A stretch of 63,883 nucleotides of DNA, filler included, from Lenisia limosa (lineage: Eukaryota; Protista; Breviatea), in NCBI GenBank assembly GCA_001655205.1. It is 12 parts of 12 records of this genome, joined end to end, with 100 filler letters (N's around TTAATTAATTAA, not from the genome) between each part and the next. Parts side by side here need not be neighbours in the genome. Positions count along the whole stretch, not along the records: positions 46,814 to 52,200 come from LPNZ01004917.1; positions 52,301 to 54,058 come from LPNZ01005226.1; positions 54,159 to 62,120 come from LPNZ01006321.1; 9 more parts are not named here. One strand, given 5' to 3'. Position 1 is the first letter of the stretch. Every line of letters begins with the position of its first letter. The notes under the pieces were generated by a model that saw only the letters and a list, made by a program, of their open reading frames with translations, made no database searches and was not told the DNA's origin. A program made the translations under genes and the position numbers. This document shows positions 47,501 through 59,100 of this stretch, in pieces.

Positions 47501-50500
47501 GGGAGTAGGTCGTGCGTTGTCTCCACCTCGACCTTCCTACAGGGTGTAAAATGTCGAACTCAGAAGAACCGCTTCACTTCGGTTCGAAAAAGACCGGTAG
47601 CAATAGTTTTCGGGTGGCGGTAGAATATCCATTATTTTCGGGTGTTTATAGACTGTTTTCGAACCAAAGTGAAGTCCTACTCGGGAGTGAAACAAAAAAG
47701 TCTCACTTCAGGTTTATACGCGAAATGATTGCTCATTTACCAGTATGCTACAAGGCAAACCATGCTCAAAAGTGGTGTATTACACCTCACTAAGAGTTAA
47801 AAAAAAGGAAAAGATTATCCACGATGACAGCTTCACTTCGGTTCGAAAAAGTCTGGAAATTTCTCTAGTTTTCGAGGGAATATCGAGAAATTAAGTCTTT
47901 TTTGAATAAGTGAAGCCCTATCCATGATCCCTCGAACCCTCCCCCCCTCCCCCCACCTTGGTCGTGGGTCATAGAAGCCCTCCTGACAGAGGCTACAGCC
48001 AGACGCGAATGTCATTGGTTCATGGCCTCGCGGACATACAGCGCCTACCNNNNNNNNNNNNNNNNNNNNNNNNNNNNNNNNNNNNNNNNNNNNNNNNNNN
48101 NNNNNNNNNNNNNNNTGGCTGACACCACACAAGGGTTGATAACAGCAAAACAAACAAATCAACACCGAAACAAACAAAAGCCCCAAATAAACTTTGTTGG
48201 GGAGGGGGGGGAGTAAAATTTGGAAATGTATGAAACAGTATCAATAATTTATGATGCAAAGCAATATAAAATATAACCTGCATACCTGGGACAACGTCTG
48301 TCCTCTGAACTGCATTGTGAAGGATATTATGCCCCCCAGATACCCGGGAGACATATAACGCACCCTAAGAGGGGTCAAATCAAATGATGCGAGAGGTTAT
48401 AAAATTCAATACGGTTACCGTTTTCCATTGATGAGCCAATCAATGAAAATCGAGTGGCTCTTTAAAAAAAACGTCTGTAGTTGCTATATTTCAAAATTTT
48501 GTTCAAAAAATACCACTTTTGTCACTTTTTATTGTTTAACTACTGACGCTGTCACCCCCTTTTTAGATGTGCCAGTTAATCTTCCCATGAACTCCCACCT
48601 GAATTTGCCCATATCCAGCAGGGTAGACGGGAAGTACTGCGTGTCGCCAAAGGTCGAAATACACTCAAAACTGCCCTCATCCGTGGCATTGATAAGGTTG
48701 CCTAATGGAAGGGGGACGGTGAGCATATTTGTAAGACATGAGAAAATAAATAAAAAAGCCTGTTCATGTCTGCCGGGGAGGCACGCAGAAAGCTGTTTGC
48801 ACAAAGTTGTAAGGCAAATAATTGGGTGAATTAATATAATACTATAATCCCATTTCTATCAGCATGATGGTGTGGACGGCTTCGCCAGATACAACCTTGT
48901 TTCATTTCATATTGCTATATACATCGTTAAAAGTTAATATTGATAAAACTGTTACAATGATATCTATTGGTCTTCTCTCTTATGTAGACTCCCTTCTCTT
49001 AGTCACAACCCCTCTTCCCCTCGTGAGTTACGAAGAAAAGTCGTCGAACTTTTTAAGAATGTTTGCAACCCTCAGTGGCCAAGAACCTCAAATGGCTTAT
49101 CGCTGAATAAGAAGTAACGCTTTTCGTTCTGCGGTCCCAAAAAAGACGGAATTTCTCGGCAAATCCTCGATAAACATCGACATTTTACCTGACTTTTCCG
49201 ATCCTAGCCGACAACCCGACTCCCTCCAGACAGTCGGTCAGCACCGTCTTTCCACCCTCCCCCCCTTCACGCACACACAATCACGCCCGCGCGCACCGAA
49301 CGCGTCTGTGACGTAGAGGTCGATATAGGTTTCGACGGAGGCGATAGCATAGTCCAGGCCGGGACCGACTATGAGAGATCCCTCGTCCCAGGTGCTGGGT
49401 GTGACCTGGGGGGGGGGGGNNNNNNNNNNNNNNNNNNNNNNNNNNNNNNNNNNNNNNNNNNNNNNNNNNNNNNNNNNNNNAAATAGTATTTCGAATACCA
49501 ATACTGTCCGAGCAATATGTCAAGTTAAATAGGAAAACAAAACGCACCAATTAAGTATTGGGTAATAAAATCTTTCGGGTTGTCTTGGATGATAATCTTT
49601 GCTTGTTCCTGCTTTTGAAATAGTCTCTGTTCGACAACCAAAGAACAAACCAAAAAGGGTTGCAGTGCTGTTGTAGTGGTGATTGTCGAATCAGTTCATC
49701 TATTTATATATAGTTGCATTTATTACGCGTAATAAATAACTACTTTTAGGTCATTAACCTGAATGTCTCTGAGAATGCAAATGCATCGTTTGCGAGAAAA
49801 CATGGAAATTCCAAAGAGCAACTTGTCCTTTCAGCCGACAAAATGGAAATGGCTGAGGAATTCGTTTTTAGAAATGGATCAGTTTATGGAATTATCTCTC
49901 AGTTCCATTTACCCAGAAACGTAGAAGAACTGATACGTTGTACGAAGCTAACGACAACATCCCCCGAAACTTCAATTTTGGTAGTTTTTTTCCAATTGCG
50001 TAATACTTCAGGATTACGCTGCAAATGAGGTGTTAATGTTTAACATCTGCCCAGTTGGAAAAACGTCCCTCTCAGTATCTGTTTAGGTTACATACAATGA
50101 TCAGAAGAAGAAGAGTGGATAACGTCCCAGTGGCAGGTGGTCCAAGGGACAGAACGCAAAGAAGAGATTTGCCGCAAACCGTCCGCAATACCCTGGGCTT
50201 TGCATATTTGCAACGTCAGGCACCCCCCTTCGCAATGTCCTGAAGAAGGCTCAAACTTAATGTTGATTTCCATTCTTTCATATCTGCATTTGAATCCATT
50301 CATTGCATGTATTTATTTATTATTCAAAAACACAGCATAAGTTGTCAACTTTAAGATTTCCGGGAGTTTTGATGTGACCGTTGAAATTTGAATGATACCC
50401 AGGGCTTTAATGAACCTAATATATGAGTACCTTTGTTTCTTGACACTTCTGGATTGTTAAGATATTTATTTAATTTTCCTATCATTATGTTAGAACTCCA

Positions 50501-52087
50501 GTGATTGTTTAGTGAGTGAGTGCTCTTACCTTCAAGCTGCCTTGTCTGAGGGTCATTTTATCAAATCTAAAATGAAAGTTCTTGAGGCCCCTGACCTCCC
50601 CTTATCACAGCGTCGTTTGTTCGGGTCATAATGTTGATTGTTTCTTCTCTCTATTTGGTGACGTTAAGATCGTTAAGGGTGACCTTGTGAATCTGCTGGC
50701 GATTGACCTCTACGACATGAAGAACGCGAGAGGCTATTTCACGGGGTGTAGCCACCAGCAATCGGTTGGGGTTGTTTTGTCTTTGTAACGTGTGTGGTCA
50801 TCAAGATCTGTTGTTACTATTTAGAGCAACCACACCATTCCCTGAATAGCACGTCAGGAGGCAACTCGAACTTGATCAGACATGAATTAAGTAAAAAGTT
50901 CTTGCGGAAAAGTGGATTGAATTTGAAGGACATTCGCCATATCACCCAATTATTAATCATTGATAGGGAATGGCGCTTTCACAAGCTTGAGAGAATTCCT
51001 CAACACTTTCAACGTCAATCCCATGGTTGGTGTTTCACCCATTGTAATGTTTGAAGAACGTTATCTGATAATTTAGTTAACCTCGCCCGTTTCGAGAACA
51101 AACGGTATTGTCATCAAAAAACTCAAATTCAACATATCTGACATTTGAGAGAGCTCATCGGATTGACCATCTTCTAAAGACTGCTGGGGTCTTGCACTTG
51201 AAGGATGTGTCTGCGCGGAATATTTTTAAAAGAATTATAGAAATTAAACTCCATTGAAACAACCATTAATAGAGAACCGTTTTTTCTCTCGGTTGAGTGT
51301 TCCGACTATTGCCACGCTTCCTATTAAAATCGGTCTTTATGAACCGGCATTCGAGACAACCCGTATTTTGTTATCCTATATTAAATAGGGTATCCATATC
51401 CATGTCATAAAATATGATGAAGATAGTGAAGGTGGTGAAGGTGCTGAGGATGGTGACGATGGTGAAAGTGCTCTTCAATAAATCGAGGAAATGACGTATC
51501 CTTGCTAACCTGTATGTTGGAGTAATTCCCCAGAATCAGGACACTTGAGGAATCTACATGGTTAGTTATAGTTTCCATATATGGAAAGGAGTCATTAAAA
51601 TATTTCCAGATGTCTACAGTGTTTCAGTCGCACCATTTGTGAACACCAGCGGCGGCGGGATGACACCCGAAACCGGCAGCAAATCAGTGGTTGAAATGCC
51701 GTCAGCCGAAATTTGGTCGGGGTACGTCTGGCCGTAGATTGAAAGTTGGTACTACGGAGGTGAGAATTATGAAGGGGTTAAAAATAAATACTGTTCCAGA
51801 ATTACCAATAATCCATCATCAAAATCTATCAATTATAAAATATTCCTTTCATTTCTTTGTGTCAATCCCCTCGACTCCCTACGCTACACGCCACTTTTGG
51901 CGTAAATNNNNNNNNNNNNNNNNNNNNNNNNNNNNNNNNNNNNNNNNNNNNNNNNNNNNNNNNNNGGCATCAGTGACGTTGACCATGGTGGCGGTGTTGT
52001 CACCACCAAAGCCCCCGGGCTGGCCAAAGAGCAGTAGCTGCACTTCTTCCCTCTCTGTCAGTGCCCAATTGCCCATGCCGTGGCATC
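44575..52087 (-). CDS. Large probable surface/membrane protein (filamin-type Ig-like repeat, Cys-rich motifs); may be more than one gene
   Basis: Minus-strand exons: SLIVGPGLDYAIASVETYIDLYVTDAFG (filamin-like), VCPRGHEPMTFASGCSLCQEGFYDP, ECTTCPEGGSCPSESIIPDPAPGYW, FPGCTAVP, AVLGFIFQKQRYSR (possible TM end), Pro-rich tail. Spans linker 46714. Confidence 0.45.
45225..45324. mobile_element. Family A MITE with 8-bp TSD (gcaatggt / gtaatggt)
   Basis: TIRs present; flanks 45217-45224 and 45325-45332 match at 7 of 8 bases. Confidence 0.9.
46127..46187. repeat. Tandem repeat, 16-bp unit TGAGGCAAAATGGGAA x~4
   Basis: Read directly. Confidence 0.9.
47567..47679. mobile_element. Family A MITE, TSD ctcagaag / ctcgggag (6/8)
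   Basis: gcttcacttcggttcgaaaaaga ... ttttcgaaccaaagtgaagtccta. Confidence 0.85.
47826..47920. mobile_element. Family A MITE, TSD tccacgat / tccatgat (7/8)
   Basis: TIRs and flanking 8-mers read directly. Confidence 0.9.
48116..48185 (-). repeat. Family C repeat
   Basis: Reverse complement: ggggcttttgtttg..ttgctgttatcaacccttgtgtggtgtcagcca. Confidence 0.7.
48771..48902 (+). repeat. Family B repeat, full length
   Basis: tgccggggaggcacgcagaaagctgtttgcac...gtgtggacggcttcgccagatacaaccttgttt. Confidence 0.88.
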
Positions 52088-52300
52088 CTGAGGTGGGGGA
52101 TAATGTAAGATTTCATAAAATATTTCTTTGATGAGGAAATTTCTGCATTTCCCCCACAAGTAGAGAAATACCCCAGCTGCAGAAGCGACTGGCCTGGGCT
52201 NNNNNNNNNNNNNNNNNNNNNNNNNNNNNNNNNNNNNNNNNNNNTTAATTAATTAANNNNNNNNNNNNNNNNNNNNNNNNNNNNNNNNNNNNNNNNNNNN

Positions 52301-52380
52301 CAAGGAAGGGTTGATAACAACAAAACAAAAAGCCCAGGCCAGTCGCTTCCGCAGCACCGCCTCCCATCACTTTAGCGTAC
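52301..52380 (-). repeat. Family C repeat
   Basis: Reverse complement: gtacgctaaagtgatgggaggcggtgctgcggaagcgactggcctgggc..ttatcaaccc. Confidence 0.8.
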
Positions 52381-52530
52381 TACATAAAATATATGATTTC
52401 ATATTTCCCAAGGATTTAGAGCAGCAATAGTCTTATTCGCGGCAACAACGCCTTGACAATTGCTTAGTAAAGCTCCTACTGCATCTCACTATTCACCCCC
52501 ACCATCACCACTGATATGGTTCCCCCCCAC

Positions 52531-53743
52531 CAGGGCCTCAGCCCGGGCTGTTCTGGTCTCAAGTTGGTCGACACAAATGGCCAATCGCGCCGTCGTGGCG
52601 GCGGCCTGGGGGGGGGGGNNNNNNNNNNNNNNNNNNNNNNNNNNNNNNNNNNNNNNNNNNNNNNNNNNNNNNNNNNNNNNNNNNNNNNNNNNNNNNNNNN
52701 NNNNNNNNNNNNNNNNNNNNNNNNNNNNNNNNNNNNNNNNNNNNNNNNNNNNNNNNNNNNNNNNNNNNNNNNNNNNNNNNNNNNNNNNNNNNNNNNNNNN
52801 NNNNNNNNNNNNNNNNNNNNNNNNNNNNNNNNNNNNNNNACTTTCGGTTCAAAAGAAACCACAACTTTTATCGAGGATTTACCAGTAATTGTTCAGTTTA
52901 CATAAGATCCACACATGTAGATTTTGTATTGATATTGTCAGAAATAACCCAATCGAAAACTGATAAAGTGTTCGCGTTCATGTATGGTCACTAATAAATA
53001 TTGAATGTAGTGAGCACAATGAGCAAACCTTGGCCATTAGTGAGTTCATTTTGTTGTCATTCTCAGATATCCTGCTACTCTACAGTGATGTTAGGCTTGT
53101 GTGCAATGGAGTTAATAAGCTTGTGTACAAATAAGTGAGTAAGCTTGTAGCAATGAAGTCATGTGTTCCATTAATACATCAATACATCATAGCTATGATA
53201 TTTCGCCAACAACTGTGTAATAACAACGTACAATCCATATCTCATACACACATCCGCTTCTGTAGCCCTGGACCTAATATGTACATGACATAACAAAAAT
53301 GGTTTCCTAAAACAAAGCCCCCACCAAAGCGGATAAATTCGATCCGGTCCGGCCTTCAGAACTTCCAACAGCTGACGCCACATCATCCACACGGCGTCCC
53401 ATTTCCGTCAACAGAGCCGCCAGGCTCGTGTGGCTCCGTTCTGAGGCTCCAGTACGATCTGCGGTGTCAGATGCGGTACCCAGATATAATGGGGGTACAG
53501 AGCTCTTATTGTTGATAAGGAATATTGTGGGAAAGTTATGGGGTGAACTGTAGCACTGGCTGTGTTATGAAGAATTAGTAACACCAGAGACCCCTCCTCA
53601 CCTCTCAACTCGGACATAACAGCATCCGATTTGGCCAAGGCGGTACTAACGCCCTCTAGTGACCCATCAGTGAGGTGTTGCAGAGTGGTTAGCTCCTCGG
53701 TCTTACGCTGGAGTTCCAATAGGACGCTGTGGTTCTGTCTAGT
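52531..53743 (-). CDS. Internal exons of a coiled-coil protein
   Basis: TRQNHSVLLELQRKTEELTTLQHL.., DRTGASERSHTSLAALLTEMGRRVDDV.. and AAATTARLAICVDQLETRTARAEAL with clear AG/GT ends; both gene ends missing. Confidence 0.6.
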
Positions 53744-54197
53744 CTGGGGGGGGGGGGGTAAATGGANNNNNNNNNNNNNNNNNNNNNNNNNNNNNNNNNN
53801 NNNNNNNNNNNNNNNNNNNNNNNNNNNNNNNNNNNNNNNNNNNNNNNNNNNNNNNNNNNNNNNNNNNNNAGTAGGAAAATCCCGACTCAAGTGTTTTCCA
53901 ATCGAATTTCCCCTCGTTTTTTGCTCGTGGTTGGCTTCCTTTTGTTACTTGGAGTTTTCTGTTGAGGAAAAATTCTTGAAAAAAATCAGAAAACCACTCC
54001 CAGGAAAAATAACTCGGGGTTTTCTTACAGGAAAATTAATACGCTACATTTCATGTTANNNNNNNNNNNNNNNNNNNNNNNNNNNNNNNNNNNNNNNNNN
54101 NNTTAATTAATTAANNNNNNNNNNNNNNNNNNNNNNNNNNNNNNNNNNNNNNNNNNNNACTCAGAGATAATTACTTCAGCAACAACTTTAGCTTATT

Positions 54198-54810
54198 ATG
54201 GCGATGGATTCGGCTAGTTACGCTAATCGTTTTATTGAAAAAGTAGGTGGCGTCTTGATGTATAGACAATACAGATCACCTTTTTTATTTATATTTTACA
54301 TTATTTTTGATTTGTATGTGAAAGAACCACATTACTATTGAAATTTTGAACATTTTTTTGTTGATGCTGCTGCACTACTATCACAAAAGTTCAGTTTCAT
54401 GTATTGTTACCTTCAGATTTGATAAGTCCCCTCCGCTCAAATAAACTCCCCTCTTGCTAATAAACAGATCGACATTCTCCTCACCAATGCCATTATGGTT
54501 ATTTGGATATTGTTGCGTAGCTTATTGATGAGGGCGCTGAAACGGACAAAGTTACTTTCTTCGTGGGAGGCATGATGATTCTCTTTTTGAAATTGTTTTC
54601 AGAACATATCGTTGTTATAATTTCGGACACTATGAGCATTTTTTCCACTATGATAGTTTACGCTCTTTCGCATTTTGCTGTCTTCTCAAATCGGTTGACA
54701 TTTAACAGGAAAGAACTGCCCTCAGATGTGCTGTTGAGGAAGGCAACTTGGATATCATAGAGTACCTCGTTGAGAAGGTTGCAGATATACACTCAACCGT
54801 GACCATGTAT
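54198..54810 (+). CDS. Ankyrin-repeat protein, 5' exons (3' extent unresolved)
   Basis: MAMDSASYANRFIEK|, LIDEGAETD.., ERTALRCAVEEGNLDIIEYLVEKG (ankyrin consensus). Confidence 0.55.
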
Positions 54811-56155
54811 GAGGCATGATTTCTGTTTCCTATTCTATTTTGCATAATTAGTAACTCTGAACAATAGAGGGAGTATAGACTTATTATAAATTGGATTAAT
54901 TTCTTGATCATGCTCAATCATTGTTGTTGGATCAGATTAACTTGCAACAATCACAAGCTGACAGTTTGAATCAAACACAAACCGAAGTATCCAAAATGCT
55001 CACTAAATCATCGGCTTTGCTTCACAATAAACAATTGACATTACAAATTTGATAACAACATATCCTTCATTTCCAACAATGAGGATTGTTTCACCAGAAT
55101 ATCAAGGGCTACACTTTTATTGATTCCCAAGTTCTACCAATAATTTAGAAAGGCAATTACATTGTTTTACCAATCATGTATTATATGGAGTGAACAACTC
55201 TTGGTTTGCAAATATTTGCATTTTTTTATAAACTTGAGAATTGGGTATATTCAAAGTGAACAACTATTTGTACCGTCGAAATAGATTATCTTAAATTTCC
55301 TAATTGTATTATCTACTTCCAGCAGAAATACTGCTGGTAAGGAAAATGTAATAGTAGATTGTGATGCAGTGTGGTTGAATATATCATAATAATGTTACGA
55401 CGATATAAATATTTTATTAGTTAGAATGCATGTTACAGGGCCCAACCAAATCTGAGGTCAGTTGAACCAGTAGAAAAAAAGAAGCTTAAAGTTGTATTGT
55501 GACAACAGTTTTTGAAAATACTTGGAATTTGTCCTATACATGGGAATCCCATGGAATTTATGGTAATTCGAAGAAATTTTTCGGGTAAGGTATAATATTG
55601 TATTAATATATATTTTAATGTAAACTCCATTTTCAGACGCTATTTCATATATTTTGGCAATTATTCTTGAATGGAGCCCGAAGTATGTCAAATCTGACAT
55701 AAATTATCCTTGAGGCCTACCCTGAGTTCATTATTGAATTGAAGGAAAAATGATGATCATTTCTGGACCTCTGCAATCAATGTTAGTTTTTGCATTCTAT
55801 ATAGCATGCCCTTTGTACACAACAGGGGGACCAAATAGATCCTCATTCACAACAAAATCTCATGAATGGAAATGTCTCAACAAAGCCCTATGGTCCATTT
55901 ACCAACTGCAATAGTCTTTATAGTATTGTGTGCTTTGCCTGTTTTTTCTTTTCCATTTTGTGATACTCCTGTGATACAATACAACTAATATACATAGCTA
56001 TATTAATATAGGGCCTAATGGACATGCTGTGAAGGGAATGAGTGAATCAAACATTGATAAAACCAAATGCATACCAAATCAAAGTAACACGTGAAAGGAA
56101 TAGAGAATACATTTTGAAACAATTGAAAAAAAGAAATGAAAAAGGACCTCAAAGC

Positions 56156-59100
56156 TCCCTGAGTGCTATGAATGCATGAAAATCTAGAATCATTAAAGTA
56201 AATACTGTCCTCTATTTCTAGTTTTGTGGAATCTTATAATCCTCTGTAAATACCCCTGCTCCCCACCTCCAACTCCAGAATCTCATGCAGGGGGCTGCCA
56301 TCACGCTCTTTGTTTGCCTTCTGAAGTATCGTTATAAGAGACCTCTACAATATCGATAGTTTCCATGTATTTATTTTGAAATTCAGTCTTTTCGTTAGGA
56401 CCCCAGTGAAATTCTGCTAGTATACATCATTTTCTCTTTATACGTGTCTCTGTATCTCTAAAAAGAGAATTATGATCNNNNNNNNNNNNNNNNNNNNNNN
56501 NNNNNNNNNNNNNNNNNNNNNNNNNNNNNNNNNNNNNNNNNNNNNNNNNNNNNNNNNNNNNNNNNNNNNNNNTAAACAAGTCAAACCACGGACCCTCTGA
56601 TTAGGGCTTCACGTCGGTTCAAAAAAAAGGCTGAATTTCTCGACAAATCCTCCAAAACCCGATAATTTACCGTTCTTTCAAACCGAAGTGAAGCCCCAAG
56701 ATTGATCCCATAGGGTATACCAAGTTTTAAACCACAGGCAAAACTGGTGACCACCCATGGCTTTTTAGTGAATGTAACTGGTGACCACCATGGCTTTAGT
56801 AAATGTAACTGGTTTTAGTGAATGTAATATTTGTGTGATCTCTCTAAAGCGAAATATTTCTCTAATCATATGGGTATGGCTGTGATAATAAACGTGAGGT
56901 ATCTAACCTCTAGTTCCTTGTCGTGTGCAGGTATATTGAGCTGCAGAATGTAGGCAGCAAGGTCAGGGTATCCGTGCCTGAAGGGGGTAAAATAAGAAAC
57001 TGTATGAAACAAACAAAAAAAAGAGCCCAAAATCAACTCTGTTGGCTGACAAGACACGAGGGTTGAAAACACAACAAACAAANNNNNNNNNNNNNNNNNN
57101 NNNNNNNNNNNNNNNNNNNNNNNNNNNNNNNNNNNNNNNNNNNNNNNNNNNNNNNNNNNNNTAGCTTAGTGTATCGATATGCAGTATTTAAGAAAAAAGA
57201 CTGGTGTTTAAAACAAAGGAGAGTAAAACGAAAGAACATTAGATGATTTTAAGGTATTAATCACGAACCGAAAAATCTTACTATCTGAAAGAACAAAACA
57301 ACGAGAGGGTGGGTGGTAAATACAGTTGTGTCTATAATTGCTGACAGGAAGTGACTCAGAGAAAATAGACAAATTGGAGTACTTTTATTCAACTCTCCCA
57401 TACTCCCTCACTCAAGAGCAATTTTCGGGGGGCTGCTGATATACTCGTAGTAGTAATCGGGAAGCAGGCGGTACTTGACCAAAGACCGGATTGTGTCGGG
57501 TTCATACTTCTCAATAGCTCGTTTGAGAGGACGATCGCATATCTAAAGTGTTATTATCGCTTTTTTATAGGTGAATTAATAGTATAATTCAATATCTCTT
57601 ATAAGCGTGATGATGTGGACGGCTTCAGCCAGACACAACCTTGTTTATTTATTTTATTTTCCATTGCCAATATATGATATGTTGATTTAAAACCGATAAT
57701 ATCAAAAGTGCTCCAATTATCAGAGATCTAAACAAAGTAATCTATCAAAATTAGAATGGTTATATTGTTACAACTACGGCTTCATTTCAATTCAAAAAAG
57801 ACTGGTAAAATATTGATAGTTTTCGAGGATTTATCGGGAAATACAGTCTTTTTTCGAACCCCGAAGTAAAGCCCCAGTTACAACGATGAAATACACTGAC
57901 CAAGAAAAGGTGTGATTATACTACTATTACATAATACAGTGCGGATGTCATATACTATGTCAGTGCAATCGATAAGTCTTGATACGAATGATTGAAGATA
58001 AAGCTCAATATCCGTGTCAGGCCTCATGCATTCAGTGGATGAATGTACATACATGTATATACGCTCAAATGATATACTCCTTCCCTCCCCCCCATACAAA
58101 CGATAGCGTCACTTTGTATGCTTGGTACATTTTCGATGACACGAATGAATTGTTACGTCTTGCCTCAAGTTCCATTAAATTATTGATGCATGCTCCGTTG
58201 CAATTGCGCAGAAGTTCGAAAAAGTCCTGGAGGGGGGTTAATGGTTATATCATAATAAAACATGTGGGCACGGAAGTATGGTAATTTGTTTATGGTATCC
58301 CTATGTATTTATTTGTCCCTAGATTTCTAATATAATATATCATATTATTGCTCTTGTTCAAAAAAAGGAGGCGATGGGAATATCTGAGGGGGGGGGGGAC
58401 TGAATTGGGGACAAAACATATGAACCGTTAAAAGTGGCTATGTATAGCTATGTACATGGCAAATGTAGAAAGGAGACAAAATAAGGGTATCAGGCCGAAG
58501 CCACACCATCAGGTTTATAATGGTTATAATGATTATAGTACGATAAATATTAATTCACCCAATCATTTGCCTGACAACTCTGTGCACACAGCTTTCTGCG
58601 TGCCTCCCCAGCATAAAAATACCAATTTTAGCTTACTCCCCTTTTTATTATAAATCTTCTTTGGGATGCTCACCCCTCACAAACCATTTTATCAATCTTC
58701 TTGATGATGCTGTTATTTTTGGTCTCGTGACAGGTTATCAAGTGATGTATAAGAAGCTCGAAAATTTCGTGATTGCGAGTTTGGTACTTCTGAAAGAGCG
58801 ACTGGATGGTGGGGAAGGGGGTTATCTTCTTGGGGGCGTCGAGAAGTAACATTTGTAAATATACAGTGACCTAGATAAGTCCTGACCGATTTGATATGAC
58901 TTAAAAGGATAATCGGTCAAGACTTATCCCGGTCACTGTATATGATAAAATATACTATGTAATGAGAAAAGTACACGTAATACTATGTAATAACTGGTAC
59001 TCTGTGTAATTAATTTTTTGAGGACAATAATTGTCAAAACTTGAATAAAGTGTGGAATGGACTCTGCAGTACGTTCCACTCAATTAATCGGACAGAGCCC

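Noticed and set aside
49843-50770. DEAD-box-like snippets (GIISQFHLPRNVEELIR on +, RLLVATPRE on -)
   Set aside because: They lie on opposite strands, lack the other helicase motifs, and the region has better splice structure in a different minus-strand frame.
57201-57281. A whole 81-nt intron made only of family G (gtaaga...caccag), which would be a true Introner
   Set aside because: The sequence upstream of the GT looks like intron (pyrimidine tract plus cag) and would need a 3-nt exon; not supportable without RNA-seq.
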